Below, piece by piece: positions 39,537-54,386 of a DNA stretch of 64,000 nucleotides. The stretch spans positions 3,100,001-3,164,000 of the forward strand of contig OZ024749.1 in the NCBI GenBank assembly GCA_964016885.1, written 5' to 3'. The notes under the pieces are model-generated. The model was not told where the DNA came from. It saw nothing but the letters and a program-made list of their open reading frames with translations, and made no database searches. Position numbers and translations under genes: made by a program. Source of the stretch: Eledone cirrhosa. Its lineage: Eukaryota. The number at the start of each line of letters is the position of its first letter. The stretch's first letter is position 1.

Positions 39537-40606
39537 TGTTTATATGTGTGTATGTGTATAGATAGGTTGAGTGGTAGAACGTATGTATCTCTGCCTTCTA
39601 CCTCACTCCTGATCTGTTCACTACCAATCATGCCATTAGACATTCGATTACATCGATCATCAACTCTACCTTTTTTATTACCAACACTTTCTTTACCTCT
39701 GTCCCACTCTTACGTCGCATAGAGACTGTTGTTTTCCTGTTGTCACAACAAACCTTGTTTTAACAAGATATATTTCTATTTTACTTTTTCAACACATTTA
39801 TATCTCTCGCTTAGACGCTCTTCCAGTCTTTCTACTTCTCTAAGTTGGAACTACTTCTTTATTCTGCCGTTTCAAGAATTTATCGTATTTATTTTATTTC
39901 AAAAGTAATTTCATTATAAAAGGAATCATACAATCATACAAACAAAAGAAGCAGAAAGATGTATGTTCGTGTGAAGGGCTTACTCTCGTAATATAAAGTA
40001 TTATCTCGGCAAGGAAAACACATTTTACGAATTCTTTCTTTCTTCATTCCCGTATATCTTTCTATTTCTTCTATATCTCATTGTATCTTCTGCAGAATGA
40101 ACAACATCGAAAAGTTTAAGAGTCTCTTCCTAATATAGCAAGCATTAAACTAGTATACATCATTATTGTACTGTTTTTGTTTCATGCTGACTTTTTCATG
40201 CTTACATACATACATGCATAATATATACATACATATATGCATACATACATCCATACATTCATGCATATATATACATTCATGCATATATATATATATATAC
40301 ATGCATAAATACATACATACAAACACAGATATATACATACATACATTCATAGATACATACATGATGGCTGCATCTCGATTTCGAATAATGTCATAGCTTA
40401 ATACTTATGCATGAGCATCACGGACCTGGCTCTGCATCCTGCTAGGGACTTCCCTATGCCCAGAAAAGCCAGGCATCGCATATATTGTCACATATCAAGC
40501 GATACCTGTTTTTGAAGCATTTTTAAGTGAGGAAAGACTTTTCACGGGGCCAGTCCCACTTTCTGAACATCGAACGGATTTGCCCCAAAAGAAGAACCTG
40601 TCTCCA

Positions 40607-40768
40607 CTGAATTGGCAGCATCCGTAGAGCGTCAGACACCATGCTTTACAGCATAGAGTTATGGCCCTTTCCGTTCTGAGTTCAAATCCCGCCGAGGGTC
40701 GATAAAATAAAATACCAGTAATGCTCTGGGATAATTGCTGGCCTTGTGCAAACAGTAGAAACAATTAT
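40607..40768 (+). mobile_element. SINE (main family) with internal deletion
   Basis: TTGGCAGCATCCGTAGAGCGTC..GAGTTCAAATCCCGCCGAGG/GTCGATAAAA. Confidence 0.8.
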
Positions 40769-41037
40769 TAGATGCAAGCGAATTCGCAAGTTTTATATCT
40801 GAGTGAACTTCTCCCAGAGAGATGTTTCAATGAAGACTAGGGGTCCCTCACTCCACGAACGAAAAACTTTACTGGATGGCAGTTGACACTCCAGAGTTCC
40901 TCCGCTATTTGACGGGTTTGATTATTCATCCCTTGGGTGTCCAGATTAACTGTTCACGGTGAGGTTCCTGGTTTAGTTGCTGACGGGTTACATGTTACAT
41001 TGATACATACATACAATCATAATCCATACATAGTTAC

Positions 41038-41246
41038 ATGGTGGCTGCCAACTCGTTTTCGAGTACGGCCACTACTTTATATCCATGTAGGAGAACTCCT
41101 AGCGATGCGCTGAACGAGTGTGACTTTTTAGTCCAGCCAGCGACTTGAAAACTCTGGTACAAACACTACATTTGTGACAATTATTGACACACAATGCTGG
41201 GCCCATGGTACCATGTGACGACAAGTGCAGAGAGATCTCCAGATAT
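41038..41246 (-). pseudogene. LINE 3' end with C2H2 motif (second copy)
   Basis: CSVCTRVFKSLAGLKSHTRSAHR* followed by the same 3' UTR as at 36652. Confidence 0.65.
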
Positions 41247-41776
41247 ATACATACATACATACATCCATACACACATATACGCATACATAAATATATATGT
41301 ATGCTGACCGTGCGTACATTTGCATGCGTGACTGAGTAATTGTTTGTCTTTGTTTGTGTATTGTGTGTTTTTGTTAGATGTGTGGGCGTGTGTGGGCATA
41401 CCAATTTTCGATATAGTTCTGCAATGACAATTCAGAGTGTGTACATGGTTATTAAAAAACAAGTGACAAGAAGTGAAATCTAACCAATGGTTTTCATATC
41501 ATTTCCATCAATCTGTTTGTGTTATTTGTATGTAGTCGTACCTTGTAATATTTAGATTTGTTCTGATTTATTTCATCTTACTTTCTTGTTATATCTTCTG
41601 TATGATACGTTCAAAGGAATCTGCATTCATACATACTTGCTAAATGATTACTCTTCCACGATATCTCCTATAGTGACCTTTACTATTACACGAAATATGT
41701 CTATCTAATTATATGTATGTGTATATATATATATACATATGTATGTATATATATATATATATGTGTATGTATATAT

Positions 41777-41845
<69 letters not shown>

Positions 41846-41905
41846 ATATATATATATATATATACATATGTATGTATATATATATATATATGTGTATGTA
41901 TATAT

Positions 41906-42021
<116 letters not shown>

Positions 42022-42060
42022 CATATATATTCTCAGATATGACATCGTTAATGTAATTTT

Positions 42061-42396
<336 letters not shown>

Positions 42397-42547
42397 AAAA
42401 TTACATTAACGATGTCATATCTGAGAATATCAGAGTCATGCGCCATACCACCTGTGGAATATACAGAAAGATTCCAATTGTAGTAAATCATGCGTTAAAT
42501 CAAAAGTAGGATGATACACATATATATAACACATATATATGCATATA

Positions 42548-42722
42548 TAACAAAGGAGGCGTGGTAAGGAACCAGATGAACCATAACGCACCAGAGTACT
42601 CAATACTTAAGGTAGTAGAGTGGGTAATAGGAACAATTTTTAACCCCTACGGCTGAGCTCAAGCCGTTTCGACGGCTATCGTCGAGGCGGCTTGAGCTCT
42701 ACCGTCGGCGTTAACATTTTTT
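42548..42722 (-). mobile_element. Family B fold-back micro-element
   Basis: Homology to 2641-2858. Confidence 0.7.
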
Positions 42723-42730
42723 ACACATAC

Positions 42731-42765
<35 letters not shown>

Positions 42766-43098
42766 TATACAAATATATATATATATATAAATATATACAA
42801 ATATACGCATCAAATAATTACAGGGGATAATGTGTAAAGAGCGTAACCACAGATGGTTATGGGGGTCACATAGTATAAGTTAAACAATCATTTTGTATAT
42901 AGATACCTTGCAATAATGATTTAATATATATATATATATTGTGTGTGTATGTGGGTGAGGGTGTGTATGCGTGTGTATATGTGCGTGTGTGCGTGTGTGT
43001 GTATGTACATACATATGTGGTTGTGTGACAGTGCCTATGTCTATGAATATTGCGTGTGTGTAATTATATAAAATTACACACACACGCAATAACACACT

Positions 43099-43610
<512 letters not shown>

Positions 43611-43758
43611 ATATATATATAAAATCATGAATGCCTTTGATTGAGTACACAATAATATAGTAATAACGCATAATTGAATTGTCAGATGTGATATGATAAT
43701 ATTTATATTCATATAGAAATAAGATAATAATGAAGCCTTGGAATTCATTGGCATATTG

Positions 43759-43800
<42 letters not shown>

Positions 43801-43829
43801 GAATCAAAGAACTGCTCAAAACATTATTG

Positions 43830-43876
43830 TGCTTACAGCTGTTTCCTCCAAACCGAGGTTTGGATTCTTCGGAGCA
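43830..43876 (-). ncRNA. Hammerhead in the inverted pseudo-LTR
   Basis: Exact reverse complement of 47461-47507. Confidence 0.75.
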
Positions 43877-44362
43877 ATTTATTAATGCATGGACAGTTAT
43901 ATGACCTCCTTTTCAGCCGAGGGACATACCAATACATATTCAAACATTGATACATATTCAAACATTGTGGGTCAACATTCATTACAGAATTTAGAGTGGC
44001 AGTACACACTTCGAGATTACATTTATATTAATAGGTACAATCAAAGATCAAAGATATAGGTTAAAGTACAACATGAAGATAAGTGGTTATATAGTGCAAA
44101 TGTTATATGTGTGGCACGCATGTGCGTCTTGTTTATATAGTGTGGCAGAGAGATATGTGTGGTAGAGGCACTTAGGTAGGTAAATAAGAGTGTTAGGTTG
44201 GTAGATCTGGTGGCAAAATCTTTATATGATTGATATAGTCTGTGTGTGGAGAAATATTATAAGCATTAAAGATAGTGCAAGCATTAAAAGTGTTATAAGT
44301 ATTGGAGATGCACAGCGCAGGGATGTCAAGTATTTCATGTACTTCGGCATTTTCATGGTCAG

Positions 44363-46021
44363 GTGAGTGTATATTTCGATTATAAGGCACTTATCATGGC
44401 CATGACCAATAGCGACCTGACTAGAGCCCAGGTTGATGTCATCCTTGCGGCCCGTAAAACCATAATCACCTTCGAGGACCAACTATGGACACGCAAGGAT
44501 ACGCACAACAACTTCGACATAACCATGGGATCTAGTGACTCGGCGCAGGTCACTGATTTGGTCGGCCTATACCTCCTCAATGAAATCCATAAAGACCTCC
44601 CTTACCTCAACGGTGGTTTGTACCGCGATGATGCACTTCTACTCATAGAATATAAAAAATTTAATATAGAAAGAACTAGAAAACAACTGCATAAGACATT
44701 CAAAAACTTTAACCTTAGTATCACCATGGACAAAAACGCTAAAAATGTTAACTTCCTAGACGCCACACTATACCTAGACTCAAAAATATATATACCTTTC
44801 CATAAGCCTAATGAGAAACTTATTTACGTAGATACCAAGTCTAATCACCCTAGATCAATATTAAACTCTATCTCTAAGGGGGTGTCCAATAGAATCTCTA
44901 GTCTGTCCTATGACGCAAACATATTTAGCAAAAACTCACAATATTACAATCAAGCATTAGCTAGCTCCGGCCATAATATAGAAATTGAGTTCCTACCTAA
45001 GAAAACACATAGCTACAACATCATCTCGCACAACATGTCCATGAGGAAATCTAATAATAGGAATAGCAACCACAAGTACACCAAAGCGGAGGGTGCCACC
45101 GGAAGTAACCATTACCATGGAAACTACTGTGGGGCCTTAGGAGGAAGCAACACACCAAACACTAAAAGCAAAAATAGAAGAAGAAATAATACATTTTTCA
45201 ACCCTCCTTTCAACCTAAATGTCTCCACCAACATACCTAGGGCTTTCTTCTCACTACTAGATAAAAACTTCCCTCTAGGACACAAGTACCACAACCTCTT
45301 AAACAAAAACACCATTAAAATCTCATACTCTACGACGCCTAACTTAGCATACCACATAGCTAGCAGCAATAATAGTAAAATTAGTTCTTACTTCCATCAA
45401 ACAAAATCACAACGGGATGCAAACCCTCTAAATACCACTGTAGCAAGCAACCATAGCAACGGCAGTAACAATAGAAATAACACTAGTATAAGTTATAACA
45501 CCAGGGTTGTCAACCCGAACACCCAAAATCCTATATCCACCACACAAACTTCCGCATTGCATCATAACCAGCGGACTAACGCACAGGATAATTGTAACTG
45601 TAGAGCTAATAGAACCTGCCCTTTAGATAAAAAATGCCTAACCAAGGATGTCATATACTCATGCACAGTCACGACTAATAACTCTTCAGAAACCTATGTA
45701 GGCTCCACTTCTAACTGCTTCAAAATCAGATATAACTCGCACATCCACTCGTTCAAAAAGCACAGCCTAGCCAACTCCACCTCACTTTCTAGCTACATAC
45801 ACTATCTAAAATCTAAAAATAAACCATACACACTCAAATGGGAAGTGATAGGCAGCGCGACCTCGTACAAACCACCTAATAAATTCTGTAACCTCTGTAT
45901 ACTAGAGACACACAATATTATCTTCTTCAACCGTAACCTACTTAACAAAAAATCTGAGGTGTTTGCAACTTGCCAGCACCGCCTCAGACATTCCTTCCAA
46001 AACTTTAAGCCCTATATATAG
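44363..46021 (+). CDS. PLE reverse transcriptase (N-terminally truncated) + Cys-rich linker + C-terminal GIY-YIG endonuclease
   Basis: FDITMGSSDSAQVTDLVG, GLYRDD, VNFLDATL, SNHP, FFNPPF, CNC-x5-C-x5-C, VIY..TYVGST..FKIRYNSH, CNLCILE; no internal stops; genuine coding sequence begins at the ~44380 inversion junction. Confidence 0.9.
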   Translation: MSVYFDYKALIMAMTNSDLTRAQVDVILAARKTIITFEDQLWTRKDTHNNFDITMGSSDSAQVTDLVGLYLLNEIHKDLPYLNGGLYRDDALLLIEYKKFNIERTRKQLHKTFKNFNLSITMDKNAKNVNFLDATLYLDSKIYIPFHKPNEKLIYVDTKSNHPRSILNSISKGVSNRISSLSYDANIFSKNSQYYNQALASSGHNIEIEFLPKKTHSYNIISHNMSMRKSNNRNSNHKYTKAEGATGSNHYHGNYCGALGGSNTPNTKSKNRRRNNTFFNPPFNLNVSTNIPRAFFSLLDKNFPLGHKYHNLLNKNTIKISYSTTPNLAYHIASSNNSKISSYFHQTKSQRDANPLNTTVASNHSNGSNNRNNTSISYNTRVVNPNTQNPISTTQTSALHHNQRTNAQDNCNCRANRTCPLDKKCLTKDVIYSCTVTTNNSSETYVGSTSNCFKIRYNSHIHSFKKHSLANSTSLSSYIHYLKSKNKPYTLKWEVIGSATSYKPPNKFCNLCILETHNIIFFNRNLLNKKSEVFATCQHRLRHSFQNFKPYI

Positions 46022-47460
46022 CAATGTCGGACTGGAACCTAACACCACATCTAGCATCAAACACCAGAGACACACCCTATACTACATACCCAACACTAGC
46101 TGATCCATTATAACACAAACAACGACATCCCTCCGGAACCCTTCGCAGGGAAAATACCCATTTATACCTCTACGGCAGGTGTGACAACATCTACCCACTT
46201 GAACGGCACTACACCGCTCTAAGGGTAATTTGAGCATGAATTGTTCGGTTGGATAGTGTTGGGCAGAGGAAACACCTTCCTTAGACAGATGTAAAATGAT
46301 TTAATTGAGTAGCGCTGTTGACCAGTAGGACCGGGCTGCTGAGCGCAGTGAGTGAATGCAATGCAACTGCCGTGCGGGTTGTACGTATATGGATGATCTG
46401 ACGGTCAGAGAGGGGTCGCGAGGACTGCGGATTGACCTTTGGCCTGCCTGGGGACGATTATCTTTCGACATCCAATGTAGCAAGCGATGACCCAGATCTT
46501 ACCAGAGATCATTGGGTCCTGAAGCAATCCTGCAATCACCGCGCCTGGTCATATGAGCAGACTACAACCACAGAGATCATTAATTTAGAATCCTCGCTCA
46601 TCATTTATAATTTCCATTTGTAGCACCTTAAGATGGGTTAATCCACCATAATAATATGATCACCTTCAGCATAACTTAGTTAAACTACTCTATAGTTAAT
46701 ACACTTTATATTTAAAAGTCTCTCTTGGAAGGTGCACTTCACCATAGAATTTAGGGTCTATATTGGGACACATTTTAATGGCTAGATATAGAAACCCCAG
46801 AGTTACCTCCCCGCATGCATTAACTCCCCTTAGCCACACACACACTTCCGGTATTCAATGGCGTTTTTCGAAACGTAACAACCTCCTGTATTGAACTAAA
46901 GAACACCAGACTACGATCTCTAACTGGATTGTCGTGGATTATGTGAAAGGCATATACTCGAAATATACACTCCCCTGACCATGAAAATGCCGAAGTACAT
47001 GAAATACTTGACATCCCTGCGCTGTGCATCTCCAATACTTATAACACTTTTAATGCTTGCACTATCTTTAATGCTTATAATATTTCTCCACACACAGACT
47101 ATATCAATCATATAAAGATTTTGCCACCAGATCTACCAACCTAACACTCTTATTTACCTACCTAAGTGCCTCTACCACACATATCTCTCTGCCACACTAT
47201 ATAAACAAGACGCACATGCGTGCCACACATATAACATTTGCACTATATAACCACTTATCTTCATGTTGTACTTTAACCTATATCTTTGATATTTGATTGT
47301 ACCTATTAATATAAATGTAATCTCGAAGTGTGTACTGCCACTCTAAATTCTGTAATGAATGTTGACCCACAATGTTTGAATATGTATCAATGTTTGAATA
47401 TGTATTGGTATGTACCTCGGCTGAAAAGGAGGTCATATAACTGTCCATGCATTAATAAAT

Positions 47461-47507
47461 TGCTCCGAAGAATCCAAACCTCGGTTTGGAGGAAACAGCT
47501 GTAAGCA
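47461..47507 (+). ncRNA. Minimal PLE hammerhead, U4C variant
   Basis: UGCU-CCGAAGA-A-UCCAAACC-UC-GGUUUGGA-G-GAAA-CAGCUG-UA^AGCA; palindromic stem III. Confidence 0.8.
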
Positions 47508-47708
47508 CAATAATGTTTTGAGCAGTTCTTTGATTCTTATATTTCATATAACTGCTCTGTAAATCATCTGATGTTTTTACATTGAGCTACTTAACTTACT
47601 GGTAATAAGGTAGTAATACATTACTGCCTACCACTATTTAGGGTGTGTGTAAAATACTTACAACTGCTTGGGGTTTTGTATTTACATAACCATAAATAGT
47701 ATAACTAA

Positions 47709-47738
<30 letters not shown>

Positions 47739-47742
<4 letters not shown>

Positions 47743-47971
47743 CAAAGGAGGTGTGGTAAGGAACCAGATGGTCCATATCGCACCAGAGTACTCAATACTT
47801 AGAGTAGTAGAGTGGGTAATAGAAAAAGGTTTGACCCCGACGGCAGAGCTCAAGCCGTTTCGACGGCTATTTCTGGACTAAATTAGAATATTTACCAAGC
47901 TAAACATTCTAATTTAGTCCAGAAATAATCGTCGAAACGGCTTGAGCTCTGCCGGCGGGGTCGTATCTTTT

Positions 47972-47975
<4 letters not shown>
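47739..47975 (-). mobile_element. Family B fold-back micro-element
   Basis: Homology to 2641-2858; longest inverted arms of the family. Confidence 0.75.
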
Positions 47976-48002
<27 letters not shown>

Positions 48003-48006
<4 letters not shown>

Positions 48007-48440
48007 TTGCGAGGTTTTTGATATGAAATCGTGTGTCGAAACAAATATTGTTATACTTGGGGAGGGTAATATTTGTGTAATAATATTGCCAGAATTAATA
48101 ACAGAACACACTCACTGTTTGGTTGGTTTTCGCTTCTGTGTCTTTTATATCGGTTAATTTAATTAATTCGGTCCTCAATGTTACCATTGACTGACCAACG
48201 GTCAAAAATACAGATATAATATAGACACAAACACATATATATATAGTCTAACAAAGTTCTTTCGTTGCACATCAACAACATCGTCAGTGGTACTATTATG
48301 TTTCCTCCCATCTTTATTTAGTCTGAATAAATTAAAGTAACCGATATAAAGGACACAGAAGCAAGAACCAACCAAACAATGAGTGTGTTCTGTTCTTAAT
48401 TCTGGCAATATTATTACATAAATATGACCCTCCCCATGTA

Positions 48441-48446
<6 letters not shown>
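48003..48446 (-). mobile_element. Family A-related fold-back micro-element
   Basis: ~48050-48160 is inverted against ~48330-48445; between (TA)n tracts. Confidence 0.75.
48250..48291 (-). ncRNA. Minimal hammerhead (family A relative)
   Basis: ACCA-CUGACGA-U-GUUG-UUGAUGUG-CAAC-GAAA-GAAC-UU^UGUU; one stem I mismatch. Confidence 0.65.
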
Positions 48447-48476
<30 letters not shown>

Positions 48477-48480
48477 AAAG

Positions 48481-48524
<44 letters not shown>

Positions 48525-48987
48525 GATAGAGAGTTAGTTTGATAGATACATATACACATATATATTAATAAATATCTATATATATATATTTACATATATT
48601 TATATATACATATGTACTTGGTTGTGTGAGTGTGCCTTGGCGCTGGCGAACACCTATCATACTTTTTGTTGTGTACATATGTAAAACATTTTCAAGCAAC
48701 ACTTTTATTATATTCTCGTGTTGTATGGTGCACCTGTAATACTTCAGGATATACAGCTATTATAACAATCCAATATAAGTAAATGTCAGATATTTTATTT
48801 TAATACATGATAACGTATTATATGATATAATCCATGTGATACTGTTTTTGTTAATATCTACTTTTCCGCATACAGTTGGATACACACAATTTCCCCGTCT
48901 AAGCGAGCTTGAAGGTGTGTTTGCATTCACATCTATTATACATATATACATAGATACATATATATATATATATACATATATACATAG

Positions 48988-49135
<148 letters not shown>

Positions 49136-49543
49136 GGTGAGAGAGACAGAGAGAGATTGAGAGAAAGAAATGATACATAGATACATACATATTCATTTGC
49201 AGTTAATTGTGTTACATCTTTTGTCTAGTTTAGGTTTGTGTTTATATGTTTTTATAGGATTGCGTTAGGATATTTTTCAGATATTTTTTATCGCATTTGA
49301 TAATATGAGACTAAAATACCCGCCAAGCCGTCTCTTTGGTTCGATGGATTTTTCTTTTCGGATTTTAACATTAATTTACTTTAACTGGTGAGTCGTCTAT
49401 GGTGTGTCTTTATTATGTTGCATTGTTATGTAAGAACATGTGTATACATGTTCACTTATCTCTGGTAATTTGTCGTTGAAATATCTCTGATACGCGGTGT
49501 ATTCTTCTGTTGTTTATATGTATATATATTAAATATACAAATT

Positions 49544-49727
49544 AATTGTTTCTACATTTGGCACAAAGCAAGCAATTGCCCAGTGCATTATTGGTACTTT
49601 ATTTTATCGACCCCCTATGGATGAAAGGCAAAGTTAACCTCGGCGAGATTTGACCTCAGATCTTAAATGGACGTAACTCTGCTGAAAAGCATGTCCGACG
49701 CTCTACCGATACTACCAATTCACCGCA
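49544..49727 (-). mobile_element. SINE (main family)
   Basis: TTGTTTCTAC..GGCACAA..TTTTATCGACCCC..GGATGAAAGGCAAAGTTAACCTCGGCG. Confidence 0.8.
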
Positions 49728-50172
49728 CTTTAAATTAAATATTAATACCTGTACGAATGGAGTCGTCGTGGCATTAATATTTATTACCGGAAGAGAAGAG
49801 AGATTGTGACATAGAGAAAGAGAGAAACATATATAAATGAAGAATTTACCTCAGCATTCGACTGGTATTCATTTTTTGATCTCGAAATAACGAAAGCTGA
49901 CTACGGAGATATAAAAAGATAAAGAAGCGTTGAGAGTTATCCGAGGACCACGCGATTTCAGAGTCAGGTTTGATCGCCGCATCGATAGTGCCTCGAGCTG
50001 GTCGCCCGACAAACAATTGTAATATGTTTGTAATAAATTCCTTTCGTCGCAACACTGATTCTCTTTTTTCTGTGATATACATATATATAAGGTATTTCTA
50101 TCTGGCTAAATAAATTATTGTCAATTTGCAAAAAAAAACACATTAGTGTTGATCATAATTTTATATTAAATT

Positions 50173-50210
<38 letters not shown>

Positions 50211-50232
50211 TGTATTCATGTATTAAAGTGCT

Positions 50233-50285
<53 letters not shown>

Positions 50286-50286
50286 G

Positions 50287-50323
<37 letters not shown>

Positions 50324-51081
50324 ATGTATATGTATGTGTATATATGTATATATATGTGTGTATGTATGTATGTGTATATGGATGTGTATGTATGTGTATG
50401 TGTGTACACATGGACTAGAGTATGTATGTATATATGTGTGTGTCTATACGTGTGTATATATAAAGATAAGTTGAGTATGAAAATGTATACACATGAGCGC
50501 GTATGTATGTACATGAATACATGTGTGTATATATATGTGTATGCATGTGTATATATATGTAAGTATGAATATGTGAATTGTGAGTATATGTATTTTGTAG
50601 AGGTGTGCAAATATATTTGTGTGTGAATGCGTGGGTGAAAGAATACGTACACTTGAAAGAAAAATTTAAGTCTGAATGTTAAGTGCAAACACAAAACCAA
50701 CCACGCATATCTTTACTATCTCTAATCCTTCTATAGATTTAGAAAAATAACCAATAATATATTCTATAAAAAATGTCAAAACAACAGATGGGAATCTAAT
50801 TAATCACTGCCACCAAGAATTCTCACTGCTATCGAAAAACCACTCCTTCAACTATTCTTCTAACAACTTCACCCCTTCCTCCTAATATTCTCTATAAAAA
50901 CTAAATAGGTCCTCAGTTATATTATTCTGATGAAATGACAGTAAACAATAACATTGAAATATTGAATGTCTGCATAACTAAAAGTTTGTAGATAGCTGTT
51001 TTAGGTTATGTAACTGTTATAGAAACACGTGTCAATAAATTCCTTTCAACTAAACTGTATCCATTCAAATCTTTCTATTTC

Positions 51082-51131
<50 letters not shown>

Positions 51132-51139
51132 TGTGTGCT

Positions 51140-51238
<99 letters not shown>

Positions 51239-51555
51239 ATGCTTGTGTGGATGTAAGTGTGTGTGTGTGATTGTATTCTGAATGGCGGTTACTTCAATTA
51301 TTATTTGGAAGATAGTGGTGTTGAATTTACCTAACCTAACTTCTTCACTGACACCATTCCACTGACTTCAACATAAACAACATGAACATTAATGATGTGT
51401 ATACAACACAGTTTATGAATCATTTTTATTGTTTACTGATGTAAGGAAACGAAATTTTGGGTTCAACTTTACATATTATAAGTATCCACTATTCCCTTTC
51501 CATTCTCAGCAGCAGCATTGACATTGAACAACCCATTATCAGCATCCCTTTAAAA

Positions 51556-52180
51556 CAGAGCTCCTCAAAATGGGCCCTACCATCACCCGGGTGGGGAGGG
51601 GGGGGGGGGAGAATAACCAGTGGTTGTTGGGGCCAAATTGGATTTGGGGGGCGATAGAAATGATATAATATATATAATAGTATATTAGATATAAAATGAT
51701 ACATAGTATATAAATATAGTAAAATAAGAAACATATATTTATTTCTACATAGTATATATTATATTATTTATATTATTTAAATCAACAGGGCGGTGGATTG
51801 GCAGTATCGGTTGAGAGTCTGACATCATGGCTTGCACCATAGAGTTACGGCCCTTTACTGCCTGGGTTCATATCGCGCCGAGGTTAACTTTCGTCCTTAC
51901 GGGGTCGATAAAATAGGTACCAGTAACGTAGTGGGGTCGATTTAATCGACTTTCCTCTCAAATTACTGAACTTGTGCCTATACTAGAAATCATATATAAA
52001 TCAACGATTATATTATATTATTCACAATTTGCATGTAGGCATGTCTCTCTTGAAATAAGGTTGAGGGTGCTGAGGGTGTTATGTAGCGGTCAAAGGGGCG
52101 GTGAGGGTATTACCTGGCTATGAAAGGGGCGCTGAGGGTGTTATGTGGGCGGTGGTGGGGGGCAGAATTTTGAGAACTGC
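51556..52180. mobile_element. hAT-like non-autonomous DNA transposon with nested SINE (~51789-51990, +)
   Basis: Ends CAGAGCTCCTCAAAAT / ATTTTGAGAACTGC; 8-bp flanks CTTTAAAA and TTTTAAAA. Confidence 0.45.
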
Positions 52181-52584
52181 TTTTAAAACACGCTCTGATT
52201 AACTAATGTAATATGCAAAGGGTGTTTTCACAGTCCATAAAATTATCTAACTGAATTAATATATATGTATCTGGATATTTTGATTATTACTGTTTGCAAT
52301 AATCTTGAATTAATAATATTGTGGGAAAGGTTTCCAGTAGATTAAATTTAAACAACCGTTTAAATCATAATTATAGCTTATTTAATTAAGCGTGTTATAT
52401 GATTATATATATTGATGATATTATAGGGATTGAAAAGGATTAAATTTATAAAAAAGTATTAGACAGTTAATATTTTTCCAAACATTAATTTTCTGATGGT
52501 TTCTCCACATTTCAGAGGAAGATGTAAATATTTCCCTGTAATGGATGAATGAACATTAAATCTATTATTTCAACGTATCCATTT

Positions 52585-52790
52585 ATGGTTTCTGATTCAG
52601 GCCTACGATTTGAAAGGAATTGGAAAGTCGATTAAATCGTCCCTAGTGTATTACTGATGCTTTATTTTATCGATCCCGTACGGTGGAATGGCAAAATTAA
52701 CATCGGTGGGATTTGAAATCAGAACTTAAGGGGCCGTAACTCTATGTCGTGAAGCAGGGTGTCCGACGCTCTACCGATTCTGCCAAACTT
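52585..52790 (-). mobile_element. SINE (main family)
   Basis: TTTTATCGATCCCGTA..GGCAAAATTAACATCGGTGGGATTTGAA..CTACCGATTCTGCCAA. Confidence 0.75.
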
Positions 52791-52949
52791 ATCCAATGAT
52801 AACATTGAAGTCCTACCCACAACTTTTAAACCCACATTTCAAAAGCAATGACCGTCTTTACAACTATATCAATCCTATGATATATGCCAGCCCGAGTGAA
52901 AATCGATGCAATATGCGCTTTTATCACTATGTCTATACATTTGTGTGAA

Positions 52950-53260
52950 AACTTGGTGGTTAGCGTGTTCGACACATATTCGTAAGGTCGTGAGTTCGGT
53001 TCCAGGCAGTGCGCTGTGTCCTTGAGCAAGACAATTTATTTAATGTTGCTTCAGTCCACTCAGCTAGTAAAAATGAGTTGTACCTGTAATTTGAAGAGCT
53101 AATCTTGTCACCTGTTTTACGCTGAATCTCCCTGAGATTTACGTTACGGGTACTTCTGTCTGTGAAATGCTCAGCCACTTGCATATTAATTTCACGAGAA
53201 AGCTGTTCCGTTGATTGGATCAACTGGAACACTCATCACCGTAACCGGTGGAGTGCCACC
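52950..53260 (+). mobile_element. tRNA-head SINE, second family
   Basis: GTGGTTAGCGTGTTCGAC..GAGTTCGGTTCC..GTGTCCTTGAGCAAGAC..CAGTCCACTCAGCT..AAATGAGT. Confidence 0.7.
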
Positions 53261-54386
53261 TATATATTTATGTTTAGGAAATATAGACATCAATTTTATA
53301 CATATTTCTATATAAGAAGACATTGTCTGGGTGTTGCGATAAATTCTATGATCAAATTTCTGCCAGGCCATCACATATATACATAGAGCTTGTGTTAGAA
53401 TTTGCGATGTAAACATTTGTTTTGATGATTATATATTGATATTATTTTACGATGACAACGACTTAAATGAGAACACAGGTATACATGTCTACTACAAACA
53501 ATGTCTGCAGTAATTACTTCATAATAATGTATTTTTCTAAATGGGTGATTTAAGCAGCAACATGTAACAAAATTCCTTCGTCTCATCCTGAATTCAAAAT
53601 AGTCATTATTATACATTTTTTTAGCATAAGATATGTCTCAATATGAATGACATTTGCACACACATCTGCTTGATGAAGAATAAATGCACCTAGAAGAAGA
53701 AACATAATCTGTTTATGAAATATAACGGGAAGTTGCATGGTTTATTTGCTAGAGTGTCACGTGTTTGTATGATTCTGTTGTAGACAGAACCGGTTGGTGT
53801 ATTGTTTCAATGAACACTATACTTATTTTCACATTCCAGTTTATTACCAGCATTGCGACTGAATGGAATTACCTCATAGATTCGTAAACTTGGTATAAGC
53901 TATTGCCTTCATTTATATCATGTCTATATGGAATGGTGGCTCGATATGTATGATGAGAAGAATGTTGGCAGTGTTGATATTGTTTTTCAATTTTTTAATA
54001 ATTTGATAATCACGAAATATTCAATGTCATATTACTTTCATCCTAATGATCTCCAATATGATGTTTATATAATGACATAATTATAGAAAAAACATCACAA
54101 ACACAGAGAAAATAAAGGAGGGTATGTGAAATTAGACGTAGAAAACATTGTAATATACTCCCGGGCTATCTGATATATGTATCTATTTCTACAATCTATG
54201 CCCAGTAATGTGATCAACGGAAGTAAGATGTCAGTATGTTCGACATTGCACTGATATTTATATCCTTACCGTAATTCTCGGACGATTCATCATGACATGG
54301 GGCACCAATTTCCATTACAAGTACAGTCCATCCGACCGTCTTCCAATTAATTTCTCTCTATTCAACCTCTCTCACAAGTCCTGGAT

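Larger units (their letters stand above)
43793..47712 (+). mobile_element. Young Penelope-like retroelement, 5'-truncated, with inverted pseudo-LTR, inserted in (TA)n
   Basis: 43793-44379 is the reverse complement of 46958-47544 (about 3 mismatches by eye); open RT+EN frame; HHR in both arms; extra ~170-bp 3' tail similar to 34615-34769. Confidence 0.92.

Noticed and set aside
44363-44379. GTG start of the 552-aa ORF
   Set aside because: It lies inside the inverted pseudo-LTR arm; the RT lacks its N-terminal motifs, so this is a truncation junction and not a real start
51457-51657. Possible exon after a polypyrimidine-CAG at ~51509
   Set aside because: The frame runs into a probable hAT-like element end and a G-run; no recognisable protein motif or donor site
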